Shown here in pieces: positions 52,946 to 61,639 of a stretch of 64,000 bases of DNA. The position numbers and the translations under genes are program-made. The notes beneath the pieces are model-generated. The model saw only the letters and a list, made by a program, of their open reading frames with translations. It was not told the origin of the DNA and did no database searches. The stretch comes from Candidatus Fermentibacterota bacterium. GTDB lineage: Bacteria > Fermentibacterota > Fermentibacteria > Fermentibacterales > JCC-6. Position 1 is the stretch's first letter. Each line of letters opens with the position of its first letter. Location: positions 37,811 to 101,810 of the forward strand of contig JAUWSQ010000001.1 in NCBI GenBank assembly GCA_030609965.1, given 5' to 3'.

Positions 52946-53724
52946 TCTACTGTGGAGTTGATATCGGTGCAAGTTCGATTGAAATAGTGCTCTTCGATGG
53001 TGCGCAGATTATTGGTTCAATAGTTACGAGCTCCGGAACTTCACCGATTGAGAATGGTCGAAGAGCATTCCAAAGGGCGCTTGAGACAGCTGAGTTAAGG
53101 CCGGAAGATGTAGCAGCAACCGTAGCGACGGGTTACGGAAGAAATTATTTTGAAGGAGCGGAGAGGTCGTGTTCGGAGATAATATGTCATGCAAGGGGGG
53201 TCTCGTATCTGTTTCCCTCAGCATGCACGGTTATCGATATTGGAGGTCAGGATTCAAAGTTGATCGAAATGGATGGATCGGGCAGGCCTGTAGATTTTGT
53301 AATGAACGACAGGTGCGCAGCCGGCACAGGGCGGTTCATCGAAATGACGGGAAACGTAGTTGGTATTCCCGTTGCAAGTATGAACGAATCCGTTTCTCCC
53401 GATGGTGGGCACGTAGATATCTCCTCTATGTGCGCAGTATTCGCTGAGAGCGAAATAATCGGCCTCCTGCAAGGGGGGTGCAAGCCCCAGATCATACTCA
53501 ATGGGGTCTTCCGGGCAGTTGCCCGACGCACCATGTCCATGGCGGGAAGGGCAAAAATCAGGAGGGAAGTTGTATTCACCGGTGGGGTGGCAAAAATACG
53601 CGGGGTTGCTCTTGCCCTCCAGAAGGAAACCGGAATTGAAATGCTAATACCCCACAATCCGCAGATAACCGGCGCATTGGGTGCCGCTATCATCGCTTCG
53701 GAAAAAGCATCTCCAACATTTTGA
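52942..53724 (+). CDS. Acyl-CoA dehydratase activase (HgdC/BcrAD/BadFG ATPase family)
   Basis: ASKHA motifs GVDIGASS and IDIGGQDSK. The cluster-bridging Cys context is NDRCAAGTGRF...CAVFAESE. 260 aa. Confidence 0.85.
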   Translation: MIYCGVDIGASSIEIVLFDGAQIIGSIVTSSGTSPIENGRRAFQRALETAELRPEDVAATVATGYGRNYFEGAERSCSEIICHARGVSYLFPSACTVIDIGGQDSKLIEMDGSGRPVDFVMNDRCAAGTGRFIEMTGNVVGIPVASMNESVSPDGGHVDISSMCAVFAESEIIGLLQGGCKPQIILNGVFRAVARRTMSMAGRAKIRREVVFTGGVAKIRGVALALQKETGIEMLIPHNPQITGALGAAIIASEKASPTF

Positions 53725-53757
53725 TCTCTAACCCGGATTCAACAGACGGGCTCTCTT

Positions 53758-54501
53758 CTACTCCCACCTGAAGTATTTCGCGGCAATGGCGAACCCCGCT
53801 ATCGTAACTCCGCACAGAACGATTATCTGAACAGGGTACTCCCACAGGTGTCCGCCGAGCCAGAGTCCCTGCAGTAATTCAATTACATGAGTCAGGGGAA
53901 GAATCTGCGAAAAGGTCTTAAGGAAAGAAGGGAGCATTTGCCTTGGAAGCGTAGCTCCGGAAAGGAACAGCATTGGAAAATACATGACGTTGGAGATCAT
54001 CATACCGCTTCGGGCGGAGGGTGCCAAGCTGGCAGGAATGAAACCCAGTGCTGATATACTGAGTGTGGACAGAACGAACGCTACAATCACTTCGGGAATA
54101 CTGCCGTAGAAACGCATTCCGAAAACAATCACTCCGGCCGCAAGAAGAAGGATCATTCCCATAACCGCAATTATGAAAAGTGACGATAACTCCGCCATCA
54201 GAACCAGCAGTGGAGAAATCGGGGATGCTTTGAACCTTCTGAGAATTCCCTTCTCCCGGTAGGCTGCAATGCTCGTTGTAAGTCCCATAATACCACAGGT
54301 CAAGATCACCATCCCTATGAAAGCGGGAACAGCGAAATCTATGTATCCGAAGTTCTCCTCTGGAAAAGGCTCATTGCCCCATATACTTCCGAAGAGCATC
54401 ATGATCAGCAAAGGAAAAATCAATGTAAAGAAGAAGCCGGAGGGTTCCCGCAGGTAGAGGATAAACTCAGCCCGGGTCAGTTTTAAATACCGCTCCAGCA
54501 T
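53758..54501 (-). CDS. ABC-2 type exporter permease
   Basis: 247 aa, six TM helices, immediately downstream of the ATPase gene. Confidence 0.7.
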   Translation of the reverse strand: MLERYLKLTRAEFILYLREPSGFFFTLIFPLLIMMLFGSIWGNEPFPEENFGYIDFAVPAFIGMVILTCGIMGLTTSIAAYREKGILRRFKASPISPLLVLMAELSSLFIIAVMGMILLLAAGVIVFGMRFYGSIPEVIVAFVLSTLSISALGFIPASLAPSARSGMMISNVMYFPMLFLSGATLPRQMLPSFLKTFSQILPLTHVIELLQGLWLGGHLWEYPVQIIVLCGVTIAGFAIAAKYFRWE

Positions 54502-54502
54502 A

Positions 54503-55420
54503 TCAGTTCCTTATCTCTTTACCGGTCAGTTTCAAAAAAACATCCTCCAGAGTGGACTTCTCAGTATGAAAATCCCCGAGTTCAATCTCCCTGTCTACGA
54601 GCAGCTTCACTATTCCAACTACTGCCGAGCTGTCCAGCACGCGGGCAATGGTCTTCCCATCCTCCCTGAAAACCTCAACTACTCCGTTTATTGATTTCAT
54701 CTCGCTCCCGCTGAAGCTTTCGGGAATACCCATGACCACACTGAGGGCGAAGGCGTGGGATCTGATCAGCGATTCGGGAGTGTCCATAGCGACGATCTTT
54801 CCATTGTCGATTATGGCGACACGGTCACAGAGCTTCTCAGCCTCATCCATGTAATGTGTGGATAGAAAAACGGTTTTACCGTCATCCCTCAATCCCCTGA
54901 CAAGATCCCACATCGAACGTCTTGACTGAGGATCAAGGCCGCTGGTCAGTTCATCGAAGAATACAATTTCCGGATCACCAACCAGGGATAACGCTACGAA
55001 GAGTCTCTTCTTCTGCCCACCGGACAGGGTCGAAAAGAACGATTCTGTTTTGTCCGACAGCCCCAGTCTTGAGAGAATCTCAGCAGAATCCGTGGAATTT
55101 CCGTAGAAGCATGAGAACAACTCCATGGCTTCCCTGACCTTCATTCTGTCGGGAAGCTCGGATTCCTGCTGCTGGATACCTACCTTTTTAAGGAGCGCCC
55201 TCCGCTGACTGAGCGGGTTAAGGCCCAGTACGCTGACGAATCCTGAATCTTGCCTGCGCATACTTACGATGCAGTCCATGGTTGTGGTCTTGCCGGCACC
55301 ATTGGGTCCTACGATACCGAAGATCTCCCCCCTCGATACGCAAAGTGAGATGCCATCAACAGCACGCACATCGCCGTAGCTTTTCCTCAGGTCTTCGACA
55401 AGAACAACCGTATCCGGCAA
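54503..55420 (-). CDS. ABC transporter ATP-binding protein (DrrA/ABC-2 type)
   Basis: Walker A GPNGAGKTT, signature LSGGQKKR and Walker B VFFDELTSGLD. Confidence 0.85.
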   Translation of the reverse strand: MPDTVVLVEDLRKSYGDVRAVDGISLCVSRGEIFGIVGPNGAGKTTTMDCIVSMRRQDSGFVSVLGLNPLSQRRALLKKVGIQQQESELPDRMKVREAMELFSCFYGNSTDSAEILSRLGLSDKTESFFSTLSGGQKKRLFVALSLVGDPEIVFFDELTSGLDPQSRRSMWDLVRGLRDDGKTVFLSTHYMDEAEKLCDRVAIIDNGKIVAMDTPESLIRSHAFALSVVMGIPESFSGSEMKSINGVVEVFREDGKTIARVLDSSAVVGIVKLLVDREIELGDFHTEKSTLEDVFLKLTGKEIRN

Positions 55421-55441
55421 GGATAACCTCGATTTCTACAT

Positions 55442-56959
55442 TCAGTTAAGGACCGTTACCGTTTTCTTCAGTTCAACGGAACCGTTGGACAGCGTTACAA
55501 AGAATACTCCTGAACTCCATGCTGACACATCAACGGTTTCCTCATCGCTGAGTATGCCCGACCATACCAGGCGACCGGAAAGATCGTAGATCCCGCAATT
55601 CCACTCTCCCTGCGGAGGGGTAAGAACCATTACACCTTTCAAAGGATTCTGCAAGACTATACTCCCCATGAAGACATCCGGAGGATTTTCTCCGCAGGAC
55701 GTCTCCTCGGAGGATAGAAAAGCCCAGGCATGGTAGGGCTGGCTCTGCTGATCCTGAAGGCCCGCAAGGACGATGGATGAAGGAGAAACCGTTTCCATGT
55801 TTATTGTGCTGACATTGTACACCCTCTCGGTGAACAGCTGCTCCCAGATAAGATCCCCGCTGAATGCATCAACAAGAGTAATCTTTTTCCCATTAACGCT
55901 GCCGCCAACAATGCACGGAACCCATGAACCGCCAGTATAAACTGAATCAGCCCAGGCTACACTCCATGTATTTGAACCTGTGGCATAGCTCCATAGAGTT
56001 GCTCCGGTGGCTCCATCAAGACAAATGGTACCTGCATTGTCCCCGGCCACAGCGATTTCGGCTATTCCATCTCCATTTAAGTCAGGTCCCGCTTCTACAT
56101 CAAGAAGCATTCCGCCTAAATTCCTTGCCCATAGTGAATCACCGCCAAGGCTGTAACACTGGACTTCTCCGCTGAAGGAACTGCTGACAAGCCAGGGGAC
56201 GGTATCCTCGCGATCAACAGCCGAAACGCACATTACGTCTCCGCCGCCATTCCTGCTCCAGATAAGGGATCCGTCTGAGCCGTCAACCAGTTCAAGTGTA
56301 TAATCGGTGTGGGAACTTCCTCCTATTCCAAGGTAAATCTCCTGTACACCATCGCCCGTTACATCAGGTACAGCAAGTACATCCTCAACGGCATCCGCTG
56401 TGGTTCTGGTCCAGAGGGTATCACCGGAAGCTCCGTTCAGGCAAGCTGCAGCGGACGTGTTAGCACTCCCGGTAGAACCGAACCCCCCGATGAACTCTGG
56501 AAGGTTGTCGCCGGTCTGATCCTCCATGAAACAGCAGCTGTAACCCCAGCCGGCTCCCGTGGGAATGTTATCGTACGCGCTCCACAGCCATATCAGGGAT
56601 CCATCTATCCCCGAAATCAGTATAAGGCATCTTCCCGGAGGAGCGTAGCCGCCAGGTGTGGCCATCAGAATATCTCCGTAACCATCCCCATTCATATCCT
56701 GCACTCCTGCAAGACCCTCGTCCTGGTAGATTCCGTTGAACTGATCACTGGTCCAGAGGGTAGTCCCCGAAGCACCGCAAAGGCACCACAGCGTAGGCTC
56801 ATCATCAAAATAGTTCAAACCGCTGGCCACATCCGGAACACCGTCCCCGTTGATATCACCGATATCAACCGTTGAATAAACACCACCACTTGTAACATTG
56901 GCCCATAGTGTATCCGGCGCGCTTGCAGTAAGAATCAGTATCATCAATAACATTATCAA
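55442..56959 (-). CDS. Secreted FG-GAP-repeat beta-propeller protein with a T9SS C-terminal sorting domain
   Basis: Signal peptide present. Repeats include GDINGDGVPDV, DMNGDGYGDIL, DVTGDGVQEIY and DLNGDGIAEIAV, interleaved with LW motifs. The CTD is GIYDLSGRLVW...GVFFVTL. The start is TTG 56959 or ATG 56953, after AAGGAG. Confidence 0.75.
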   Translation of the reverse strand: MIMLLMILILTASAPDTLWANVTSGGVYSTVDIGDINGDGVPDVASGLNYFDDEPTLWCLCGASGTTLWTSDQFNGIYQDEGLAGVQDMNGDGYGDILMATPGGYAPPGRCLILISGIDGSLIWLWSAYDNIPTGAGWGYSCCFMEDQTGDNLPEFIGGFGSTGSANTSAAACLNGASGDTLWTRTTADAVEDVLAVPDVTGDGVQEIYLGIGGSSHTDYTLELVDGSDGSLIWSRNGGGDVMCVSAVDREDTVPWLVSSSFSGEVQCYSLGGDSLWARNLGGMLLDVEAGPDLNGDGIAEIAVAGDNAGTICLDGATGATLWSYATGSNTWSVAWADSVYTGGSWVPCIVGGSVNGKKITLVDAFSGDLIWEQLFTERVYNVSTINMETVSPSSIVLAGLQDQQSQPYHAWAFLSSEETSCGENPPDVFMGSIVLQNPLKGVMVLTPPQGEWNCGIYDLSGRLVWSGILSDEETVDVSAWSSGVFFVTLSNGSVELKKTVTVLN

Positions 56960-56969
56960 TCATCTCCTT

Positions 56970-57069
56970 ATGCCAGGGACGTACCACATTTCTTCAACTT
57001 AGCATGCCAGGGACGTACCACATTTCTTCAACTTAGCATGCCAGGGACGTACCACATTTCTTCAACTTA
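56970..57069. repeat. Three head-to-tail copies of a 34-nt unit (ATGCCAGGGACGTACCACATTTCTTCAACTTAGC)
   Basis: Copies lie at 56970-57003, 57004-57037 and 57038-57069. The first two are identical and the third is truncated at its end. There are no spacers. Confidence 0.9.
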
Positions 57070-57095
57070 TGAGTTACGTTCTACACTATTATAGT

Positions 57096-57125
57096 TCATA
57101 AGTTGAATAAATGTGGTACGTCCCT
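57096..57125. repeat. Inverted copy of the 34-nt unit core, forming a ~30-bp hairpin with copy 3
   Basis: TCATAAGTTGAATAAATGTGGTACGTCCCT is the reverse complement of 57043-57072 with one mismatch. The loop is 23 nt (57073-57095). It starts 8 nt downstream of the stop at 57133 on the minus strand. Confidence 0.85.
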
Positions 57126-57132
57126 ATCTAGT

Positions 57133-57693
57133 TCATAACCCAGCGTTTTCCAGAAGGAGGAGTACGGCCGCGATGATAAGGCAGCCGGGTATCACTACCA
57201 GCCATGGATTAACATTCAGAATTTCCGGAATGGTCTTCGTCCCGAAATCACCCTTTGCAAGGATACCACTTCTGAGCCTGGGGTAGAACGCAGCGTACAG
57301 ACCCGATCCGATCAGAATACCTGCAACACCTCCCAGCAACGCATCCAGGGCACCTGTTCCAACAGCTCCCGATACCGTTCCAGGGCAATAGCCGAGGGTC
57401 GCGAAACCGAAGCCAAAGATGAGACCGCCAACTGCTGACGATCCGAGTGATCCGGGTTTGGGATGAAGTTTGACAAGACCGGCGCTTTTAAGTGCATAAA
57501 TCCCCAGCGAGCCTGTAATAACAGCTGAGAGCATAACCTTGACAACCGTGAAATCCTTGAGAAGAAGCTGACCGATTATGACATCGTAATCGGTGACTCC
57601 TCCCTTCTGAAGCAGAAACCCGAACACTACTCCGCAGAGCAGAGCGATAGTGAACTGCAGACCCCTTTTCGCATGAAGCACATCAAGATTCAT
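57133..57693 (-). CDS. YeeE/YedE family sulfur-compound transporter, C-terminal half-type protein
   Basis: The likely start ATG 57693 overlaps the upstream stop (ATGA). The protein is multi-TM with the GYCPGT motif. The longer track ORF (to 57837) overlaps the upstream gene. Confidence 0.7.
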   Translation of the reverse strand: MNLDVLHAKRGLQFTIALLCGVVFGFLLQKGGVTDYDVIIGQLLLKDFTVVKVMLSAVITGSLGIYALKSAGLVKLHPKPGSLGSSAVGGLIFGFGFATLGYCPGTVSGAVGTGALDALLGGVAGILIGSGLYAAFYPRLRSGILAKGDFGTKTIPEILNVNPWLVVIPGCLIIAAVLLLLENAGL

Positions 57694-58220
57694 GACGCAC
57701 CTCCTGCCAGTACTTCGAATATAAAAAGCGCAGTGATAATGCCGCCTGTGAAAAAGCATACAGCTGCTATCCAGCTGCTGAGGGTCCATTGAAGTGTTCC
57801 GCTTATTCCGTGGCCGCTCGTGCATCCACCAGCCCATCTGGAACCGAAACCCATAACGATACCTCCTGCAAGCGCGACCAGAAGCCTCAGGATCGGCGTA
57901 TCTCCAAAGTATGCTGTCCAGATCGAATGTTCAATGCTTATTCTGAATGAGCCGGAGAGGACACTTGAGGTGAACGCACCCGCGAACACTCCCAGGACAA
58001 GCATCCATTCCCAGTCAATTTCCGGAACGAATTCCCTGTAGTAGGGTTTCGCATTCACTTTGTTACCCCTGAACAGCTTCTCGATCATACCACTTGTTCT
58101 GGCAAACGCGGTGGAACATCCGATAGCTTTATCTGACAGCAGAAAAGTTACCCAGCTGAGAACTCCAATCCCCGCCCCTACCAGGTATGGAGACCATCTT
58201 TCCGCTACAAGCCAATCCAT
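57690..58220 (-). CDS. YeeE/YedE family sulfur-compound transporter, N-terminal half-type protein
   Basis: Likely start ATG 58220 after GGAGAAAC (track start 58433 overlaps the upstream gene). GGCTSGHGISG motif. Confidence 0.7.
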   Translation of the reverse strand: MDWLVAERWSPYLVGAGIGVLSWVTFLLSDKAIGCSTAFARTSGMIEKLFRGNKVNAKPYYREFVPEIDWEWMLVLGVFAGAFTSSVLSGSFRISIEHSIWTAYFGDTPILRLLVALAGGIVMGFGSRWAGGCTSGHGISGTLQWTLSSWIAAVCFFTGGIITALFIFEVLAGGAS

Positions 58221-58234
58221 CACGGTTTCTCCAC

Positions 58235-59680
58235 TCAGCTCTTCGCGGTGCTCAGGTTGTGTGCCCTGCCTGCAGGCAGCCTCGGACCATGAGGTATGGA
58301 ACACATCAAGCATGCAGGTGCCAGAGCTGCAGAGTTGAAACCCTTCATCCCTCCTGCAACGTTGTGGAGCTTCTTGAACTGGTTCAACAGGAGAATACTC
58401 CCTGCCAGAGTTGATCTGTATCCGGTACTGCATACCAGAAGGATCTCCGAATCCTGGTCCAGTTCACAAAAGCGGGTCCTCAGGTCTGGTGCAGGGATGT
58501 TCACCGCGCCATCGATGTGTGAATTGTCATACTCATCGGAGGATCGCACATCGAGTATCAGGCTCTCTCTGCAGGATCCGATCTCAAGATCGGCCTCCAG
58601 AACCGACATCTGAGGTAGATGAGCTGCAGGAAGACCTTCCAGAGACCATGCGAACATACCTCCATCCAGGTATCCCTTCACCCTGTCGAGTCCTACCCTT
58701 CTCAGCCATATGGTCGTCTCCAGAACCTCAGGGAGACTCGTAGCGACGAGGTAGATATCCACATCAGGGGGAAGTACCCAACCGGCAAAAACCGGGATAT
58801 TACCCTCGAAGTCAATGCTCACTGCGCCCGGTATATGCTGACCTCCGAAGGCATCGTACCTTCGAACGTCCAATACAATTGAATTCCGATCCAGTGCAGC
58901 TTTCCTGAATTCCTCCGGTTTCATGGGTTCAGGATTTACAAGAGAAGTGACCGTTGCAGGTCCAGCCCTGTTAACAGCACTGCACCTGGAGAAATGATCG
59001 GGTACAGGAGGCATGTTGGTGGTAAGGGATCGAATAAAACTGTCCCTTTCTTCTATCTGCAGGGCGGCATTGTACCTGCGTTCGTATCCTATGGTACTGC
59101 GCCACTTGGAGCCCATTGCCCTTCCGCACAGGGATCCCGCGCCGTGTGCAGGATATACTTCGCAGAAATCCGGCAGTTGCATGAGTTTTCTCAGGCTGTC
59201 GTATAACCGTGATGCAAGCTTCCGGGCCATGTCCGGGAACAGGTCCGGCCGACCCACATCCCCAACGAACAGCGTATCTCCGCAGAATACACCTGCGGGG
59301 TCAGTGCCCCTGCCGGTATCCGATACTATATAGCTCACGTGTTCCGGTGTATGTCCCGGGGTCTCTATTACATCGATTTTCATATCATCGAGAAGGAAGG
59401 TGTCTCCCTCCGACACAGGTGTGTGTTCGAATGTGCAGTTTGCCGATGCAGGTACAACAATTGAAGCTCCTGTCATAGCAGTCAGGTCCATGTGGCCAGA
59501 AACAAAATCAGCGTGCAGATGGGTCAGGAGAACATGAGTTATTTTCAAATTGAGATCTGCAGCTGCGCTGATGTAACCATCAATATCCCTTGAAGGATCT
59601 ATTACAGCGCAGGTTCTGTTTCCCGCCAGCAGATATGAGCTATGAGCAAGTTTAGGCATGAAATAATGGACCAGCAGCAT
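58235..59680 (-). CDS. Metallo-beta-lactamase-fold (persulfide dioxygenase-like) protein fused to two rhodanese domains
   Basis: ATG 59680 follows GGAG. The MBL motif is LLTHLHADFVSGH with a later TPGHTPEH. The C-terminal rhodanese active-site loop is CSTGYRS. Confidence 0.8.
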   Translation of the reverse strand: MLLVHYFMPKLAHSSYLLAGNRTCAVIDPSRDIDGYISAAADLNLKITHVLLTHLHADFVSGHMDLTAMTGASIVVPASANCTFEHTPVSEGDTFLLDDMKIDVIETPGHTPEHVSYIVSDTGRGTDPAGVFCGDTLFVGDVGRPDLFPDMARKLASRLYDSLRKLMQLPDFCEVYPAHGAGSLCGRAMGSKWRSTIGYERRYNAALQIEERDSFIRSLTTNMPPVPDHFSRCSAVNRAGPATVTSLVNPEPMKPEEFRKAALDRNSIVLDVRRYDAFGGQHIPGAVSIDFEGNIPVFAGWVLPPDVDIYLVATSLPEVLETTIWLRRVGLDRVKGYLDGGMFAWSLEGLPAAHLPQMSVLEADLEIGSCRESLILDVRSSDEYDNSHIDGAVNIPAPDLRTRFCELDQDSEILLVCSTGYRSTLAGSILLLNQFKKLHNVAGGMKGFNSAALAPACLMCSIPHGPRLPAGRAHNLSTAKS

Positions 59681-59983
59681 CTTCAGTCTCCGTTCGTTCA
59701 GAACAGTAAAAGTATATGCAGCATTGACAGTGTAGCGAATAACTTGAAAATACCCAAGAAGTCGTGTATCCGTCAATTCTACTCTGCATCAGTCACTCAA
59801 CTCTTTGACACTGGCATGTCATATGAGGTATTGATGCAGATAATCAGCAGATTAACCGCAGCGGAACAATGTATGATGAAGAGGTGTTATAGCAGTGTTG
59901 TAATATTTGCTGAATTCACTTTCCAGTAAGTCGAAACATGACATGGATCAGTTCCTGCGGGATATTCACGGAAGGCAGTGCTA

Positions 59984-61633
59984 ATGAAAACTCTGATACT
60001 ATTCTCCCTGCTGCTCATGGCGGCCAGCCTGCAGGCAGCCCCGCCACCGCCCTGGCTTTCAGAGGAGGTGGAGCGTGGTGAGACAAACCTGCAACCCTAC
60101 CTCGAATCCTACGCCGACGCCCGCGCCAGGGGTGTGGACGCGGCAAATCCGATTTATGGCCCGGGCAACCCTCCCTTCGGCCCGGATGGCGCTCTGAGCG
60201 GGACAGATGATGGGATGAACGTCCTCATTCTGCTTGTGGACTTCTCGGATAATGTGGCCCTGACATCTCCGATCTACTTCGACTCCATGGGTTTCGCCGC
60301 GGATACCTTCTCCCTTAAGAATTACTACAGTGAAGTCTCCTTCGGTCAGATTGACATTGTAACGCTTGATTACCCCTCCAGTACCGGCTGGCAGAGGGCA
60401 CCGGAGACTTACGCATACTATGTGGATGATAACTACGGGTGGGGGAATTACCCGGCTAACTCCCAGGGCATGGTGGAAGACGTCTGCGAGCTTGTTGACC
60501 CATTTATAGATTTTTCACAGTACGACAATGATTCCGATGGCTACGTAGATGGTGTGAACGTAATGTTCGCCGGACAGTTCGACGGAACACCCCAGACCAT
60601 CTGGCCTCACGCCTGGTCTCTACCCGGAGGCGGTATTACCTTCGACGGAGTGAAGGTTTTCTCTTTCAGCGTCCAGAACGAATACGACGATAATCCCGGC
60701 GATAAATCAGCCGCAGTTTTCTGCCACGAGTTCGGACACGTCATGGGACTTCCTGACCTCTATGACTACGATTATGACTCCAACGGTATAGGAGACTGGG
60801 GTATTATGTCCTTCGGCCTCTACAACGGGAACAGCTGGAGTCCGGCACACTTCTGCGCCTGGAGCAGAATTGCTCTCGGAATAGAAGCCCCGCTGAACAT
60901 CACTTCAGCAGGATACTACGACGTCCCATCTGTGGAACTGTCCGGAACCATCTACCGGTTATGGACAAACGGCTCCGGCGGCAACGAGTACTTTCTTGTC
61001 GAGAACCGAAGGCCTATAGGCTACGACTCCGCCCTCCCGGGGTGGGGCATCCTTATCTGGCACGTGGACGATAACATCTCGGGCAATGACAATCAGTGGT
61101 ATCCCGGCCACACTTCCTACGGACACTACCATGTAGCTCTGGAGCAGGCAGACGGCCTCTGGGAGCTCGAGCAGCAGCTGAGCTACGGCGACCAGGAGGA
61201 TCCGTTCCCCGGCCCGTCCTCCCAGAACGCGGATGCCTTCAACTACTGGACAGTTCCGGACAGCAGGGATTACTCCTTCGAGGACACATATGTGGAGGTT
61301 TCCTCCATACCGGAGAGTGCTGACACGGTCAACGTCTACTTCAGTGTTGATCAAACCGGTATAGCTGAGGGGGATCTGCCGGGTGCCCCGGGTGTCCTCA
61401 CGATGGCAGCCAACCCGGCGAGCGGCCCGGTAACCTTCCAACTCTCACACGACGGAGGCCCAGCATCATTGGAGGTATTCGATATCAGCGGCAGGGTGGT
61501 GGCAGTAATCCTTGATGGAGAGCTGCCTCAGGGTGATCATACCTTCTTATGGGAGGGTAATACCGGTATCTATTTCGCTAGATATGAGGGCAATGGCATC
61601 CATTCAGGAACGAGGTTCCTGCTTGTGAGGTGA
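59984..61633 (+). CDS. M6-family (immune inhibitor A-like) metallopeptidase with a T9SS C-terminal sorting domain
   Basis: Signal peptide MKTLILFSLLLMAASLQA. Zinc site HEFGHVMGLPDLYD. CTD LEVFDISGRVVAVIL...GIYFARY. Confidence 0.8.
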   Translation: MKTLILFSLLLMAASLQAAPPPPWLSEEVERGETNLQPYLESYADARARGVDAANPIYGPGNPPFGPDGALSGTDDGMNVLILLVDFSDNVALTSPIYFDSMGFAADTFSLKNYYSEVSFGQIDIVTLDYPSSTGWQRAPETYAYYVDDNYGWGNYPANSQGMVEDVCELVDPFIDFSQYDNDSDGYVDGVNVMFAGQFDGTPQTIWPHAWSLPGGGITFDGVKVFSFSVQNEYDDNPGDKSAAVFCHEFGHVMGLPDLYDYDYDSNGIGDWGIMSFGLYNGNSWSPAHFCAWSRIALGIEAPLNITSAGYYDVPSVELSGTIYRLWTNGSGGNEYFLVENRRPIGYDSALPGWGILIWHVDDNISGNDNQWYPGHTSYGHYHVALEQADGLWELEQQLSYGDQEDPFPGPSSQNADAFNYWTVPDSRDYSFEDTYVEVSSIPESADTVNVYFSVDQTGIAEGDLPGAPGVLTMAANPASGPVTFQLSHDGGPASLEVFDISGRVVAVILDGELPQGDHTFLWEGNTGIYFARYEGNGIHSGTRFLLVR

Positions 61634-61639
61634 GGACGG

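Noticed and set aside
56970-57069. Possible CRISPR array (repeats of about 34 nt)
   Set aside because: The three units are directly abutting with no spacers. There are only three copies and no cas genes nearby. An inverted copy forms a hairpin. This is a tandem repeat or REP-like element, not CRISPR.
57690-58433. Long N-terminal extensions of the two YeeE/YedE ORFs and of 58235..59776 as real coding sequence (overlapping genes)
   Set aside because: The extensions overlap the upstream genes in other frames and have atypical composition. Internal ATGs with SD sequences (57693, 58220, 59680) give proteins that begin where family homology begins.
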